NCBI GenBank assembly: GCA_036172245.1
Contig: JAYWIR010000008.1
Location: 1,860,001 to 1,924,000 of the forward strand
From: Raillietiella orientalis
Taxonomy: Eukaryota
Direction: 5' to 3'
DNA: 64,000 bases
The position numbers were made by a program, and so were the translations under genes. A model generated the notes under the pieces. The model did no database searches. It was given only the letters and a program-made list of their open reading frames with translations, and was not told the origin of the DNA. Shown one piece after another: positions 12,975 through 27,000 of this stretch. Position 1 is the stretch's first letter, and each line of letters begins with the position of its first letter.

Positions 12975-14620
12975 TTTTCCACCTGGTTACGCCGGGCATT
13001 TATTTTATAAAAAAGAAACCAGTCGGAAACACGCTGGTTCCCAACCGAAAACGAAAGTTCAAGGGGAAGGTCCACTGACACGCAGGCAGGGATAACGAAA
13101 AGTTTGGAACGAGGAAGGATGCGGGCACAACAAAAAAGATAAAATAAATCCGGTGGGATGGGGCAGGGATCTTTGAGTTCGCTTCGTGTGCACTGGGATC
13201 AAAGCAAAAAACAACAGGAAAGTTAAGGAGCAAACGGGGATGGGAAATGAGGGAAACAAATAAAGGGAGGGAGGGGACAAAGGTCACCGGTATCCGCAGT
13301 TCCTATCTATCCACCAAACGGCGCTGGATGACGACTACCTCCTCCTTAACTTCTTGTTCCATGCGAGGCCATCTTCTTCATGTAGACGACTGCCACTCCG
13401 GTGATCCGCCTCCACTGAGTGGTCGCCTCGAGCACAAGACTGGCCGTGCCGACGGCACAGATGCAACCCATGGTTGCGACCACCGCGTCAGTCGAGAGTC
13501 CTCCCGGTGCAAAGAACCGTCGCAGCATATCTAGGGTGGCGTTCTCCTGACGCAGAAGTGTTGCTAGCCACCGTCACATTGCCAGGAAGATACCGCACCC
13601 CAAAAGCAGGTTCGGCGTTATCGACTTCGCCGACCCGCACCTGGAACAGTTCAGGGATGCAATCCCTGCGGAAACTCGATGCCGCTGTTCGTTGCCCTGG
13701 AATGCCCAGTGGAGCTAACAGGAGCACGGCCTGTTTCTGAAAGGAAAAACACCGAAGTGTCCAGACAATGGAGAGGAAACACAAGTTCTTCGGAGACAAC
13801 ACTCAAAAGTTTACTCCACCGGAGGAGTCCCGTCGCCAAAGCACGCGGAGTGGCAGCATCTATCAACTCGAGCGTTTTATAGCCGCCAAGGAGTTTTGTT
13901 TTCCCGGCGACGGTGCAGCGAAACTCTCACCTCACCGGTTGGTAGCTGTCATCTCTTGTCCTGAGGGCAGACAGCGCTGCGGTGAGGGATGTGGAGGCCA
14001 GGGTCGACCATTTCATCACGTCCTGCATCGCCTTTTCCTGAGGTCGCGGTAAAGTGTCGCAGGGGGCAAAGATCTTCAGGGTGTATTCCCTGAAATGCAA
14101 CTCACGACCCAACAGCTTCCTGTCTCCATGCATTGTAGTTTGTTGGGCGACAATAAGTCTACGGTTGGGTTTCCACTAAGAGGGTGAGTTGCCTCGGGGG
14201 AACACGCATCCTATAATGGGAGCTTGACAGCCACGAGATCAGTCCTTTGCTGCCGGCGCATCTCCGCAAGATGATGCGTGCAGGCGCACACAACGGGGAA
14301 ATCCACAGCTTGACACAGAGTGCGTTCAGGATTCTGTTGGCATTCGGGACGGCACTTGCAGCTCGATTCCTTCCAGCGTTGGTATGCCAAGCCGGCATCC
14401 CGACGCGGAGCCACTAAGTCCTTGAGGCGGATCCGGGACCTCGTAGGTCCCCAGAGAGCGTTCCTCAGCAGACGTTGATCCCGCAGCTTCGCTTTGTAGG
14501 GGGTCGGGCAAACAAAGAACAGAGGGCGGAGAGGGAGGCTACAGAGGTCTTCCGAATTGCAGCCCGGCAAGTTCAACTTGAGAGGAATAGGCTGAAAGTC
14601 AATGTGCATTAGAGATGCTC
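12975..14620 (-). mobile_element. LINE family B, 5'-truncated (ORF2 C-terminal region + 3' UTR)
   Basis: NALWGPTRSRIRLKDLVAPRRDAGL (L1/Tx1-type FLW..L..P...GGL motif); similar to 25925-27380 and 16720-18660; 3' end AATAAA-tg-cccgg-cgtaa-ccagg-tggaaaa. Confidence 0.75.
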
Positions 14621-16719
14621 CTGACGATAGGAACACCCTCTTTTGTTTTCTGTTTGATCCTTGCTTACCCTGCCTTCATATCACTGCTGTCAAGATGAAT
14701 TTGTCAGCGTTCTCTGTGACCAGCTTGCCACCTCAGTAACATCCCAGGAGTGAAGGAAACTCAAGTGCTGAGGAACAGAAGACCGCGAAAAAAGGGCAGC
14801 AGATGGACGAGAAACCCATTGGGAAGAGACATTGAAAACTCATTGGGAGAGGCAGAAAAACAGAAGTGTTCCAGAAGGAGACCTGAAAATGGGAAGATTA
14901 TGCAGGGCGCAACACTTGTGGCTGACGACTTTTCTGGAGAAACCATTTTGAATTTGAAAACTACGAGGAGTGTCGACAGGTGGCGCCTTGATGCTGATTC
15001 TTTAAGCTACCAACAAATTTGTGATCAAGGAGCAAAAGAAGAAAAAAGAAACATCCTCGAAAGAGAAGTTGGAGCCGTTATTGGAGAGTTCAGCGAGGGA
15101 GCTCGAGTTTTCCTGCACTGAATTTCGTTGGTGCGGATGCCGACCTCTAAGAAATAGCGAATTTTTAAAGTTCGAAAGATCGCTTGGACTAACAAACAAG
15201 TGAGAAACCTGCGTGTAGGAACCCACTTTAGAAGGACAGTGGCATTTCGCATTTTTTTCGGGCTTCGAATTTAATGACTTTTACTGAATCCCCGACTCCA
15301 GATGGGTGGGAATTCCGGCTCTCCTGAACGCTGAAGCTCGGACTCTCAGAGCCACGAGCGCTTCCCAGCGGGGGCATTTCGGTAAGCATATTGGCAGCCG
15401 AACCTAGGGTTACAGAGCTCATCTGGTATCGTGGAAGGCTCTGGTTGGCATGGATAATAGGAACGGGTACTATGGACGTAGGATTTCAAGTAAACAGAAT
15501 TTTGAAGAAATGAGCCCTATAGCTCCGATAGCAGCAGCTGAGCTCTAGATAGCACGAGGAACCCGATGATCTCTGCATGTTTATTTAATCCCATGTAGTT
15601 TCGAGGTCCTGATCCCTACCCACGAAGAAGCCGAATGATGCTCAGGGTTTGCCTCACTTCCATTTGCAACCGGCTCGTTGCGTTGTCCGGAGTTACGGCC
15701 GACAAACCCTAGGATCTCGAGACCTGCGTACGCTGACCTCCTTAATGATCTGTATCACAAGACAGCATCTACTTGTTCCTGATGATGAGTCTGAGTCCTG
15801 TGTCATCCCCCGTTTCAGGCCAATGCATCACCTGTGCATCCACGAAGCAACCCGTGGCAGGAAAGTTTGCCAGGCGGCGGACTTCCCAATGGGCCAGGCC
15901 AGCCAGGGGCTTCTGACAGAATAGGAGCATCTTTTCAGCATGCTGTCCCTTCATCCCTCTAAAGAAGAAAACCACCAAGGAGCGACGGATCCGAACATGC
16001 GTTTGGCGTCAAAAGTTTCTTCTGTTGGATAGCTGGATTTCGGCTTTGATCGGGTCGAAGGTTCATCTCCTGCTGTTCTGCAAATGCCTGTCCCGGTCGT
16101 TCGTCCAGGGTGTTCGAACTGGCGCTCCCTGCGGACGTCGAGTTTGCCTCACTTTTTCTTGCACATCCGCCGACACCGCGCACGCTTCCCCCATTGGAGA
16201 AGGCAATGGACGAAACACAGGAAGTCAGGATTCGTTTTCCTAAACTTTCCCCGGATCTTCCTGGAAGACTTGAAGGTGCCGCTCCAGGACGCTAACTTGA
16301 GCATCCTGACCATCGAGAAATCAGATTGCATGTGCAGTTTCAAATTCTCTCCGCGTAAAGAATTGTGGTCTTCCCATTGTGCTCCGGCACGCCACATCCT
16401 CCGGAGTTGCTCCAGAAGCTCAGGACTTCTTTCGCTTCTGCTGTGCGACCTACACGGAGGACCGGATTTAGCTGCCCCCTGAGGTATCTGTTCTCATTAC
16501 TGTTAGCTTATCCGTGGATCTCCTGCTGCCCCATAAACTGCAATGTCTGACGCAGGAGGCTTTAGAGTCCTCAATTGCCTCTTTGGAAGTGCACCCAGAG
16601 GAACTGCGATTGCTAAAAATTTCCTGCCCAAACTGCTGGGAGATCTCCTGTAGGATTGGACGCAGTGGTTTTGGATAACCCTCCCATCCCTTGACACAGA
16701 ACTGTCTCCCCACAGGGCA

Positions 16720-18660
16720 AACAGTGACAGCAGCCTACAATCGAGGTGGGAATTCTCCTTCGAAATTGCTGGAGTCGAAAAACTCCTGAACCGCTGCAGG
16801 ACGAGAGAGTTGGTGAACGCCGTCATTTCGTCATTCCTCGTTTCTGGGCAAAGAGGCTCCTCCGGTGGAGTGACCTGCTTGGTTTATCATGCGGTCACGC
16901 CGGGACGTTTATTATAAAAGTAATAAACATGCATGTGTAGGGCCATCTTCCCCACATTGTCCGAAAATGCTCTGAACCTGCCGAGTAACCGGCACTCGGG
17001 CTGGCGAGGTTCGCCTCGGCAGCGGAAGGGAAGGGGACAAACAAAAATAAAAATAAAACAAAAAAAATATATGCAAAAATTCGAGGGTTAGAGAAATTAT
17101 CACTCTCTACTGGAGGGCATCCTCTGCATCCTTTCCAGGATACCGGCAAGTATGTCCCAGGTGGGGCCATCTAGCTGCCGTCCTCATGGAGCTCAGGGAG
17201 AAGCAGATGGCGTCCCTATCACACTGTCCTCCTCTCGCATAGCTCTAGTCCGCCACAATCTCAAAGAGCTGCTATGTATACACCAGACGAAAGGGCATCG
17301 CGCCCGAAGAGGAGCTTCAACTCGTCCCTGGGATTGTCCGTCGGTGCACCAAGGGCTGTTGAGTAATGCAGCCAAAGGGGATGGAGGCAACATAGCCTAC
17401 AAGCAGATGTGAGATAAATCCCGTTCTCCACACCTGTCAACAGATGGGGTCCACCGGCCCCCAGGTCCAGTGAGACAGGCGGATGTTGCACGGTAGGCCC
17501 CAGTGCAGCAGCAGAAGTACCGACTCCTGCCATTTCAGGGGAAGAGCCCAGCTGTTCTTCAACGCTGGGAGCCACTCGAGGTCTTCCTGTGGGATTCCCA
17601 GCAGCTCGCTCCAGCTCAATAGTCTCTTCGGTGGAGCACTTGGGGTCGCAGCGTCTGTCAGCTGACCCGTGGTCGAACCACCTAGTGCCCTCAACTTCTG
17701 ACTGCTTTCGCAACTGATCTTCCATTTAGCCAGCTGGTTACTGTCCAGGGGCTCCCTAAGGGAGAGCAGTGCCGCAGCTAGGGAGGTTTTTTGAGTCCAT
17801 TCACACGTGATGGGCTGCACGATGACCTCCTAAAGCGAGCGGTTGCTTTAGAAGGGAGTTCAGCAGTCGCTCCCTTATTCCTGGCCCACTGCGAACTGTT
17901 TCCTGCAACCAGGCACTACCGTTCCTGCACTGTCACATCAAACAGGCACTACCGTGACCTGCTTGGTGCTCCCTCCGAAGAACTCGTGGTCCCTTCCCTG
18001 TGTCGACACTTCCGTTTTCCCGCTGCGATGGAAACAGGACGCCCTGCTGCTTCTGCACAGGGCATTCCAGTGCAATCAGCTCGAACGTCTGGTTTCTGAG
18101 GGAGTTGCTTCCCCCAAACGGTTCGAAGTGCAGGGCGATGGAATCGTTCCCGCACATCCTTTTCGACTGCAGTACCCTGGAGGGCGATGGATTCGCTCCC
18201 TGCATTCGCCTGGAGGACTTGCGGTGGAGACTCGCTTCGGAGCTCCGTCAACTGCAGGACACCGCTTTGGACTTGCTGCGACGCTTCTTCACCGAAGACG
18301 GGCTGAAGAAGGGTGCAACGATATGTTGCATCCGCGCCATGGTGACAGCCCGCTATGTGTTGGGGTCGGGCTCGCGGCGAAAAGAGGCCACCAGCACGGC
18401 AGCAGCCCTCACGAGGGAAGCAGCAAGGTGGCCTCACTTGCCAGAAGATCGCCACCATTCCCAGCAGCTTCTGAAAATTAAGGAATGTTAGATACGAAGG
18501 ACTCCTACCCCTACACTCCGGTCTTTTTTGATTAATTTATTGTCCCCTTCCTCCGTTCCCCACTTTTTGGAAGCCGGCCTGCGTGCCGGTGTTTATCCCG
18601 GGTGAACTTTTTTTTGGCATTTCTTGTTTCTTTTGCAGAATAGACGTCCCAACGTAATTG
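16720..18660 (+). mobile_element. LINE family B fragment, split by a family A insertion (16884-17953)
   Basis: Removing 16884-17967 restores ctcctccggtggagt..ctccgaagaac colinear with the reverse complement of 13770-13830; C-terminal degenerate CCHC knuckle SKCRAMESFPHILFDC (ORF 18000-18491). Confidence 0.75.
16884..17953 (-). mobile_element. LINE family A, 5'-truncated, with 14-bp TSD
   Basis: Exact direct repeat gtgacctgcttggt at 16870-16883 and 17954-17967; zf-RVT-like LLLLHWGLPCNIRL..DPIC..HLL; 3' UTR and hairpin similar to 5200-5439. Confidence 0.8.
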
Positions 18661-21069
18661 GGTACGAACCCTCTCCTGCCGTGCGCCTACTTTTGAAGAC
18701 TGAGCAAGGCATTGTGTCCAACTGAACCAACGAGTGGAGGAAGACGCGCCACTCGCATCTTAAGAAGGTTAGCGAGGATGCAGCTCACAGACGATGATCC
18801 TCAGTCGCTCTCTTCCGATTGCTGTTCGTTTCATTTCTCGCCTCTTCCCCTTTCCAAACGAGTGCACGGTCCTGGATCGCTGGCGCACCTGCATTTCCCT
18901 CGCAAACCCTTGGAGCTGGAGACACACGACACCCCGTTCTTAAGACTTCACGTCTTTCTTCATGCAAAGACCGGCGTGGATCACACCAAGAAATAAAGCG
19001 ATCCCTGCTTTCCGCTTCTCTCGAACCATTTAAACCCTTTCTTGTCTCCCCATCCGTGCAACTCGTCGCCTACCATCATACAATCCCACTCCACTTAGTA
19101 ATGAGGATTGTGCTGAGGTTGTGGAGCAAGGCAACCGAGTTCTGTGACGCAGCTCCCTTGAAAATTGCAGATGAATTCGAGTCGTTGGTAACAAAGTGTG
19201 CAAAATCCTCAGAATGCTGATCTAATTTTTCGGCATCATCGAAAATACCCACCTAGAAAATTGGGATTTGAGTAGGGGGGGGAGAGATGATTGCCGATCC
19301 CCACAGTGAAGATTGCTTTCCCCAAGGACTCGCATAAGAAAAATGGCACCCATCACTCTCGATCAGAGAACCTCTCTAGTCAGACATCAGTGATTTTGAC
19401 ATAATTAGCCGGAAATAGCGGGTATTCTCAATCTCTGATCAAGTTCTTCTCACGAAGGCATCCAAGAAAGACCTTATTCCTAGCGCTGCTGCGTCGAGCG
19501 CTTCATCTGCGGCTGATTGCGAAAAAGCCAGTGGCCTCAGGGTGAAACAGGAGAACATGGTTCTCGTGTACAGCTACGAAGCACTGTCATGATTTTAATC
19601 ATGTTATTGATAAAAAATCTTGAAAGTAGATTTGAAATATTCTTTGATTTATATTAAATCCCAAATGTTTTTTATAACAGCCATTTATTGTTAATATATA
19701 ATAGCAACTCGTGCTGAAATTCGGGGATGCCTGCCTCTTTCTTTCGCTTGGGAAGTTCACAAAATGCTCCCAACGGTCGCGAAGAGCAAAGGCACCAAAA
19801 TGCAACTGCTTGTTTGATGACCTCGGGAAGATGGATAATTCCCTTGCCGGCGTTTGGGATGCAACTTCGTATTTCCAGAAGGACTGGCATGCCTCTCAAT
19901 CTGGACCTTTTCCCGGTAATCAAGCAGGTCAGATAGGAGGAGAGAACTCGGATGACTTTCTGCACGCGCGTGCAGCACAGATAAATCTGCACCTCCCCTT
20001 GGATCGGGCTGGGGGATTTGCCCCTTCTAATGTACCCTCCAGGAAAGACTGAGAAAGCATGGAGGTTCCATGAAGCATTCCCGCTTGCTTGTTGTCTGTT
20101 GGCAGCAATTGATGAGGTGTTTGGATCGGCGAGTTTGGAAGAGTGTACAGACGTGACGCGATGGCTCTGTGTTGCAGCGCACGCAGCCCAGCCCAGGTTT
20201 CTTCGCACATTCACCGAAGGTGAGACCTCAGACTTGGGTTCTCGCCTGTGGAAGATCCACGCTGCTTTTCGACAGGCTGGAAAACTGATAGCCCCACGAT
20301 TTCACAAACTCCTGACGTCACTGGTGAACCAGACGAATTCGTCAGTGTTTCTGCCAGACAGACGAAAAACACCCCGGAGCAACCCGGTGAAAATGAGGAC
20401 TTTCGCATTGAATTCTGTTGCTGCTTTGACATCCCTGCTCCAAGTAGCCAGTCGAAGGACCATGGATCATACTGCGTTAGACTTTGGAGAGTTTGTCTAC
20501 TGAATCAAAGCACTTTACGAATTTCAGCCTGACACTCAGAATCAGCCAGTTTCCGGGTTATTGACTTCGAAGTCGGTTTGACCTCAGAGAAGGTGGTGAT
20601 GTTCCTCAAGCAGTTCACGGTTTTCCCCCTCCTTCATTTTCTCTTCGCTCTAATTGAAAACTTTTGTTATCTCGTTTTAGTTTCTATTTTGACTGTCCAT
20701 CGGGAAAATCGGGAAACGAAACGATTGGGAGGGAAGAATTGGGTAAAAGGTTGACACTTCATTGCAAATTTGAAAGCTGGATGAACGGAATCGGTAGACA
20801 AATGCTGACGTCATTATATTCCGGAAGGAACGAAACGATTCAAAGCTTCCGGGAAATGCTAGAGGCAGCAAGACGATTCAGGCGCATCTTTCGAAAGGAC
20901 TTCCAAAACAGAAGATAAGAACAAAAGGTGTACTTTCCGCTCGTGGCTAAGTTCAGATGCGTTGCTCATTTCTCGTGTTCGCTCAGCTGCTTCTCCCGAT
21001 GCGCTGAATACGCAAGGGTTCCGGCCTCTGCCAAGGTCGCCCCCTTTTCACTGGCTTTTAGGAAATTCT

Positions 21070-24000
21070 CAGTTTCCGAAATCAATTTTTATGAATGAGA
21101 TCTGAACAGGCATTGAGACACCACAATGGAACCAAGGAATCCCCGATTGCGAACGATGCAGACGAGAACATGGTCGAAGCACTCTTTTCACTGTGCTCAG
21201 TGCCAAGAGCCCACCACTCTGCTCGTGGTCGAACCTCGTGTCCATGCAAAAGACACGTTCTTCCGCTTCTTGATAAAGTTCTGGTTCCATTTTGCAAGGA
21301 ATGATTTCAGATTCCAGGTGGAAAAAGCATTTATTTCATGACAGTAGCAAAGCACCTCACTACATTGAAGACCTTAGCATGGCAAGCGCACGCAGGCATG
21401 CAGTCTGAAACGATTCTTAGGCAGGGAAATTTGAACCTCATGTGACTCAGCTCATGATGACCTACTTGGGTGAATTTCCTCTCGGGGTTGTTCCCACTGA
21501 ATTCTCCTGAGAATTTTTCTGGCATCCAATAGAAGAATAGGAATTGCAGTTCTGGTTGCAAGAACCTTTGTTGATTCCCGGCTGGATCTTGCATTCGCTT
21601 TGCATGAGGTTTCATTGCCCACATCAGTGGAAATCAGTGCTTCCCAGTGCTTCAGTGCATTCTAGATAAGCACACAGTCTCAAGGATGCCCATCTTCGGC
21701 TGCAGTGCACTTCCCAGCCTGCAGCGATCCCATGATTTTTCCCCTCTGATGAAGAAGTGACCATATCCTATGTTGCCTCCCATCTGATGCCAAAGTGGAG
21801 GGTTAGAAGAGTTCTCAGATGCATGTTCACATCATGCGAGGCTCCCGCATCTTTCCACACAACTGATGATGAAGATTTCCGATCAGCTGACAGCCTCTGA
21901 CAAAGTTTCATAGAATAGCTCTTTACAGAGTAGGTTCACTCAGCTGATCCCTGATGACTCACTTTCTTGTATCACTCATGTGATATCATGAATGCAAGTA
22001 GCTGTGTCACTGTTTACGTCGGTGTCTTCTTTTCCAGAAAAAAGAATAAACAGGTCATGTGAAGGGTCTTCTGAAATCTGCGTGTGATGCAGGCATTGTC
22101 CTCTTTCGTGACCGTCCTCAGCGTCCCCTCTACTATTCGTGGAAGACCACTTTGCCACATTCTTCATTACCGCTGAATTGAGAAGTTCCTCTTTCTTGCT
22201 GAGACTCGTCTTTTCTGTGTTCTAGGATGCCAGGATCCTCCTGATGCAAAACAGAATCGGACGATCAGGGAAGCAAGCGAAAGCCCGCCCCACGTGAAAC
22301 ATAACCTCAGAAGCTCTTCCGGGGCGTTTTCAGATCGGAGTGGAGCAGCCGCGATGCGTCTCACACTCTCCGAAAGTCAACGCATTGCAAAGTCAACAGC
22401 AGGTCCGTGGAAGTTTTCCACTTCTGCAAGGCACTGACCTCGCAAGAAATTCAGTGTTAAGGGAGAGTTAGTGAGTGAATCTACTGCTCTTTTGTGACTC
22501 CAGGAGGGTGTTCTGGCAAAGTGTGCATCCCTTTTTGTAACACTGAGGGTGCTCTGCTCCAAGATTTCCCTAAGTGCTTTTTGTAGTCTAGCAGGAAATC
22601 AAACTTATGCGATCCACCTACAGGATGCTTTGCTATTGGGATGAGCAGCTCTGTAACCACCCAGATGCCAGTTTGCTGAGGGAGTGACAAAAGTTCCTCG
22701 AATGATACTTCAACAGATGACTAACTATTCTGAAGATGTTCTTCAGCATAGCTTTTCTTCTTCGACATTTTATTCGTGATGGCTTCCTACGAAAAGAAGA
22801 CTTAATGCTCCTAGCTGCTAACTGCATGCACCTGTCCTCCCTTCATCAATAACGAAGATGACGAGGTCCGATGATGATGAATTTCTTCCTCGATCCTTTG
22901 TTGAGCTGATTATTCTTGCCTTCCCTTGGAGTTTCTACGAAGCCAAGTTTCAACGTTAAGTCGAATTCTCGGTAGTTCAGGTGATAAGGTCAGGATCAAA
23001 AGGGATGCCCAGAAACACTGGTAGATGGTGTCCTCTAACCAGACGATTCTCAGGATGGATTCGAGACTTTGGCAACATCCGGTGCTCCAAGTTGGGAGCA
23101 ATGTAACCATGGGTTGAGGGTCTCCGACACCTTCGAGAACTGAGACTCCATGAGATACAGTACAGTGGAAGGCGAGCGGTTATCGAGGAATGGCTCTGCT
23201 TGTCGCCTGCGGAGAAGCCCGCGACGGCTAAGGCCTTATTCTCAGAATCCCTAAGGCCTTGCGGTCCGACAAACGGCTCCATAAAACGACCAGAAAACAG
23301 GTAAGGCAGATAGGGTAAGAAAGGATGCTCTTAGAGGGTTTTTTTTCATAGGGAATGCACTGAAAGCAGCTCATATGCCAAGCCTGCAATGAAGGGGCAA
23401 AGTGGCAAATCAGGAAGTATTCCATCTGAAACGTGGACAAGGGAAGAGGTTTTATTCAAGAATACCACAAGGCGAAATGGTAGGCAGTGGGACTTCCTTC
23501 CTATCATTTGTCTCTACCCTCAGATGAACTGCAGGTAAGGAAATGTGAATATCAATGGATTGGAAGACGTTGAAGGCATTCACGTTCCCGGAAGGAAGGA
23601 TCCTCTGATGTCTAAACAGTGATCATAATTCCTTTTACTAATTACGTAAGGTCAGTTTGAAGAAGACTCCTGATAAAAACTCAACGAAAGATCGACCTTG
23701 ATTCGCTCGTCAGTGTTCCTTCCCGCAACTCTCAAGGACGTCTTTCTAATGACAAGAACGTAGCTGACTACGGCGAGGCAGGGCCGCTTCCGTCCGGACT
23801 ACATGATGGATAGGGGTAACAAGGAGCAGCGGCCCTCCTGGATTCAGAGGCTGTTTTCGCCCACCACACTCTGGATCTCGGCGTGCTTTCCCCGAGACAG
23901 CACAAAGAAATAGGAGGCTGATCTACTCCGAATCCACCTGATGACGGACTCCACCAGTCCCGCGAGTCACAGAATATGTAGAAGGGTCACTCCAGGCTGG

Positions 24001-27000
24001 CAATGGAGACGTTGGCCACATAAGACATCGGATCGGCAGAAGGAAAAGGAATAGAGACCCCAGTTCCACATGCATTCTTCCTCCTGAGTATAGAGCATCA
24101 TCAGCCGGAACAAACGGGCTAAAAAGGGGAGTTCCTTGGCGCTGCTGGCGGGATGGCTGCAGAGCGCTTGCCCCATGGCATCAAGTGATGCCCAAGATCA
24201 GCGCATGGTTGGCAGTCTATCTGGAGAGCCGATTGCCAAGAAGCCCCCGCCCCAAAAAGCAAGTGGCGATTTCTGTGAAGATGAAACCAGGAGGCTGACG
24301 GGAGAGGTTGGGTCGCTCTGCTTCACGGGTGCGATTTCTTCGCGTCGTGGCTGCGCTCCTGGATGCTCGAAGGCTGCTCAGCTTTCGGCGTCTGACTGTC
24401 CTGGACTCTTCTTGCCAAACTTCCCTGATCCCTAGAAACAGGCGGAATTCGATAAAGTTATAAGAATCCACCAATCGGAAAAGGAAGAAAGTGAGAAGAT
24501 CGGAGTGCTCACAACGACGGCGATGACTTCTTCCATTGAAGACTTGGCCACGGGACGAGAAATCACTCGCAACGTAATAGGGAAGAAGTGCCGGCTTCCC
24601 TACACTTCTCGATGTCGTAAGGAAAAGCACTGCTAAGCCAGAACTGCTTTGAGCAGAGTCACCATAGTAACCGCAGGCACGGTTGCCTCGTATGACATGC
24701 TCTTTACCTTTCACGTGTGTGTGCACTCGCATGCCCCATGAACGGGTACAGTTAGTAGGCAGCACAACGCATCTCATGAATACAGCACGAGTGTTTGACA
24801 ATGCGTAACTGTACACGCACAATGCGTACACAGATTTTCAGGAAATACAGGAGACCCTCGCATAATGCAGAAGGTTACCGTTATACGAGCTCTATGGGTT
24901 CCACACGAATAATATAACAGTATTTATAGAGGACGTAGAATGTACCTTAAGCCTCTTGGGTGAGGAGCTCATCAGATTTGAACGTTCGGCGTTGACGGCA
25001 CGCGAATCTCAGTGGCGACCTCTGTGAACGGAACGCTTTTTCGAGTGTCGCTTACTCTGTCAGGGGTGCCGACTGACTTTATAAAGTGCTCTTTGAAGTT
25101 ACCGTTGTAATTGTTCATTTACACCGCATGAAACAAAACATTTTCATTTTTCCCAGACATATGTTATTTATTTAGAAATCATCATTGTAATTCGGATTAA
25201 TCTAATAATACATTCATATTTTTCAGATATCACAAAGATAAAAAACAATGTAATAAATTATATACGATACTGAGAAAAAACAAGAATAGTTAGCCGATGC
25301 AAATAGAATTCCGTTTGCTGTCGTTGCTAAGGGAATGATGAGAGCGTAAGTGTATGCGTCCAACCCAAACAGGGATAGGGTTGACTTACGTCACGTGTAC
25401 ATGGTAAACATATTTGCTAGACGCATAGATGCGTCCATAGTACTCAAAAGGTTAACACCACCCATCATCAGTCTTTGACCGATCGCATCAGAGAAAACAG
25501 CAGGAGGAGAGAAACGGGAGAAGCTAAGCCAAACAGATCAGCCCGCTCTTCATCTCTTCATTTAGAAACAGTCCTCAGCATGGCGGGTCGCACCCTTGTC
25601 CTCTTGGGAACGACCGGACTCACCAGCTGGTTTCGAAATCCAGGAAGAGATGCACTGAGATTGATCCCGCGCAAAGGGAGCGCTGAACGGCAAATGGGAT
25701 TAGAAAGCTTTTTCCTTTTTTTTTTTTATAACTCGCATAGCTTGATGAAACCAACGATGGTCGACCCGTTGAGAATGAACTGGTCGACAGGTTTTCCGAA
25801 GAGGGTTCGCTTTGTAACTCAAGCCCATTTACGCGCTTCCGCTTCCGGAAGAACTCGTAATGAATGATAAGGATGGCCCGAAGGTTCCACAGCACATCAT
25901 GTCTTACCGCATCGATGGTTCCAGATTTTCACCCGGTGACGCCGGGTCGTTTATTTAAGAAAAATAAATAAAATTAAGTGGGAGAGTCGCTTTCGAAACA
26001 ACAAGAGCAACATTAGGAAACAGAAAAAGTCCAAAGGGAGGAGGGCGCACCGACACGCAGGTCCAGATTTCCAAAAGTCCGGAACAGGAGGAAGGGGACC
26101 GGAAACAAATAAATAAAAGTGAGGGTGGTTCATTGGTTTGTCTCGTTTCTTCTTGAAAAACGGGGAAAAGTCGGGAACGGGTGAGAAAGGGAAAATTAAA
26201 AAATAAATAAACAGAGGGAGGCTTGGGACAGGGGTCACTGGTCATGGTCGTTCCTTCTTTCTAGAACCGGCGGTTGATGCCGGCGATCTCCATGAATTCT
26301 TCTTCCAGGTGAGGCCGCCTAGCAGCCGTCCTCATGCAGGCGGCTGTCATGCAGGTGACCTCCCTTCGCTGCTCCCGAATCTCCAGCAAATGGTGAGCTG
26401 TGACGATGGCGCGTATGCAGCATGTTCTTCGCAAAGATTTTCGGAGCGCCTGCCGTGATTCCACCTATCGAGAGGAATCGCCGCTGCAAGTCCTTGTCAG
26501 TGTTCTTGGAATGCAGGAATGCTGAAACCAGCCTCCATCCCCAAGTTCCTAAAGTGCACTGCAGTCCAACAGCAGACGAGCCAACAGATTCAATCGGCCT
26601 GCATCTAGAACAGTTCGGAGATGCAGCTCCTCCTCCGGAAACCAGGCTCTTACTCTGACTGCTCTGGAGATCCCAGTGAAGAAACAGCAGGACATTTTGT
26701 TCCACTGCAAGGGGAACACAAAAGTGTTCATGCACAAGGGAAGGACAGCGAGTTTTCCGAAAAGCACATTTAGCAGCTTGCTCCTCGGAAGCAGTCCCTT
26801 CGACCGATGGCGCAGAGTGACGGTGTCCAGCAGCTCATTCGGCTTCCAGCCTCCCAGGAGTTTGGTTCTTCCTGCAGTGGTCCAGGGCGTCTCTCACCCC
26901 GCCGGCGGGCAGTGTTGTTGCTTCCCCGTAGGGCAGGTGAAGAGAGTGTGGCCAGACTGGCAGACACCTTCGAATCCTGCAAAACATCTCCAAGCGGAAA

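Larger units (their letters stand above)
15400..20920 (+). pseudogene. Dcr: Dicer-like pseudogene copy D (near full length; nested LINEs at 16720-18660)
   Basis: DExD DLRTLT/LNDLYH, PRF/ANASPV (~15720-15835); HELICc RIFLE..SDCMC, ELLQKL/SGLLSLLLC..GPDL (~16250-16472); DUF283 KRVHGPGSLAHLHFP (~18856-18900); RNase IIIa SLAGVWDA..FPGNQAGQI..FLHARAAQINLH..FAP/MYPPG..PLACCLLAAIDEVF..RWL (~19840-20170); RNase IIIb-like and dsRBD-like remnants to ~20900. Confidence 0.65.
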
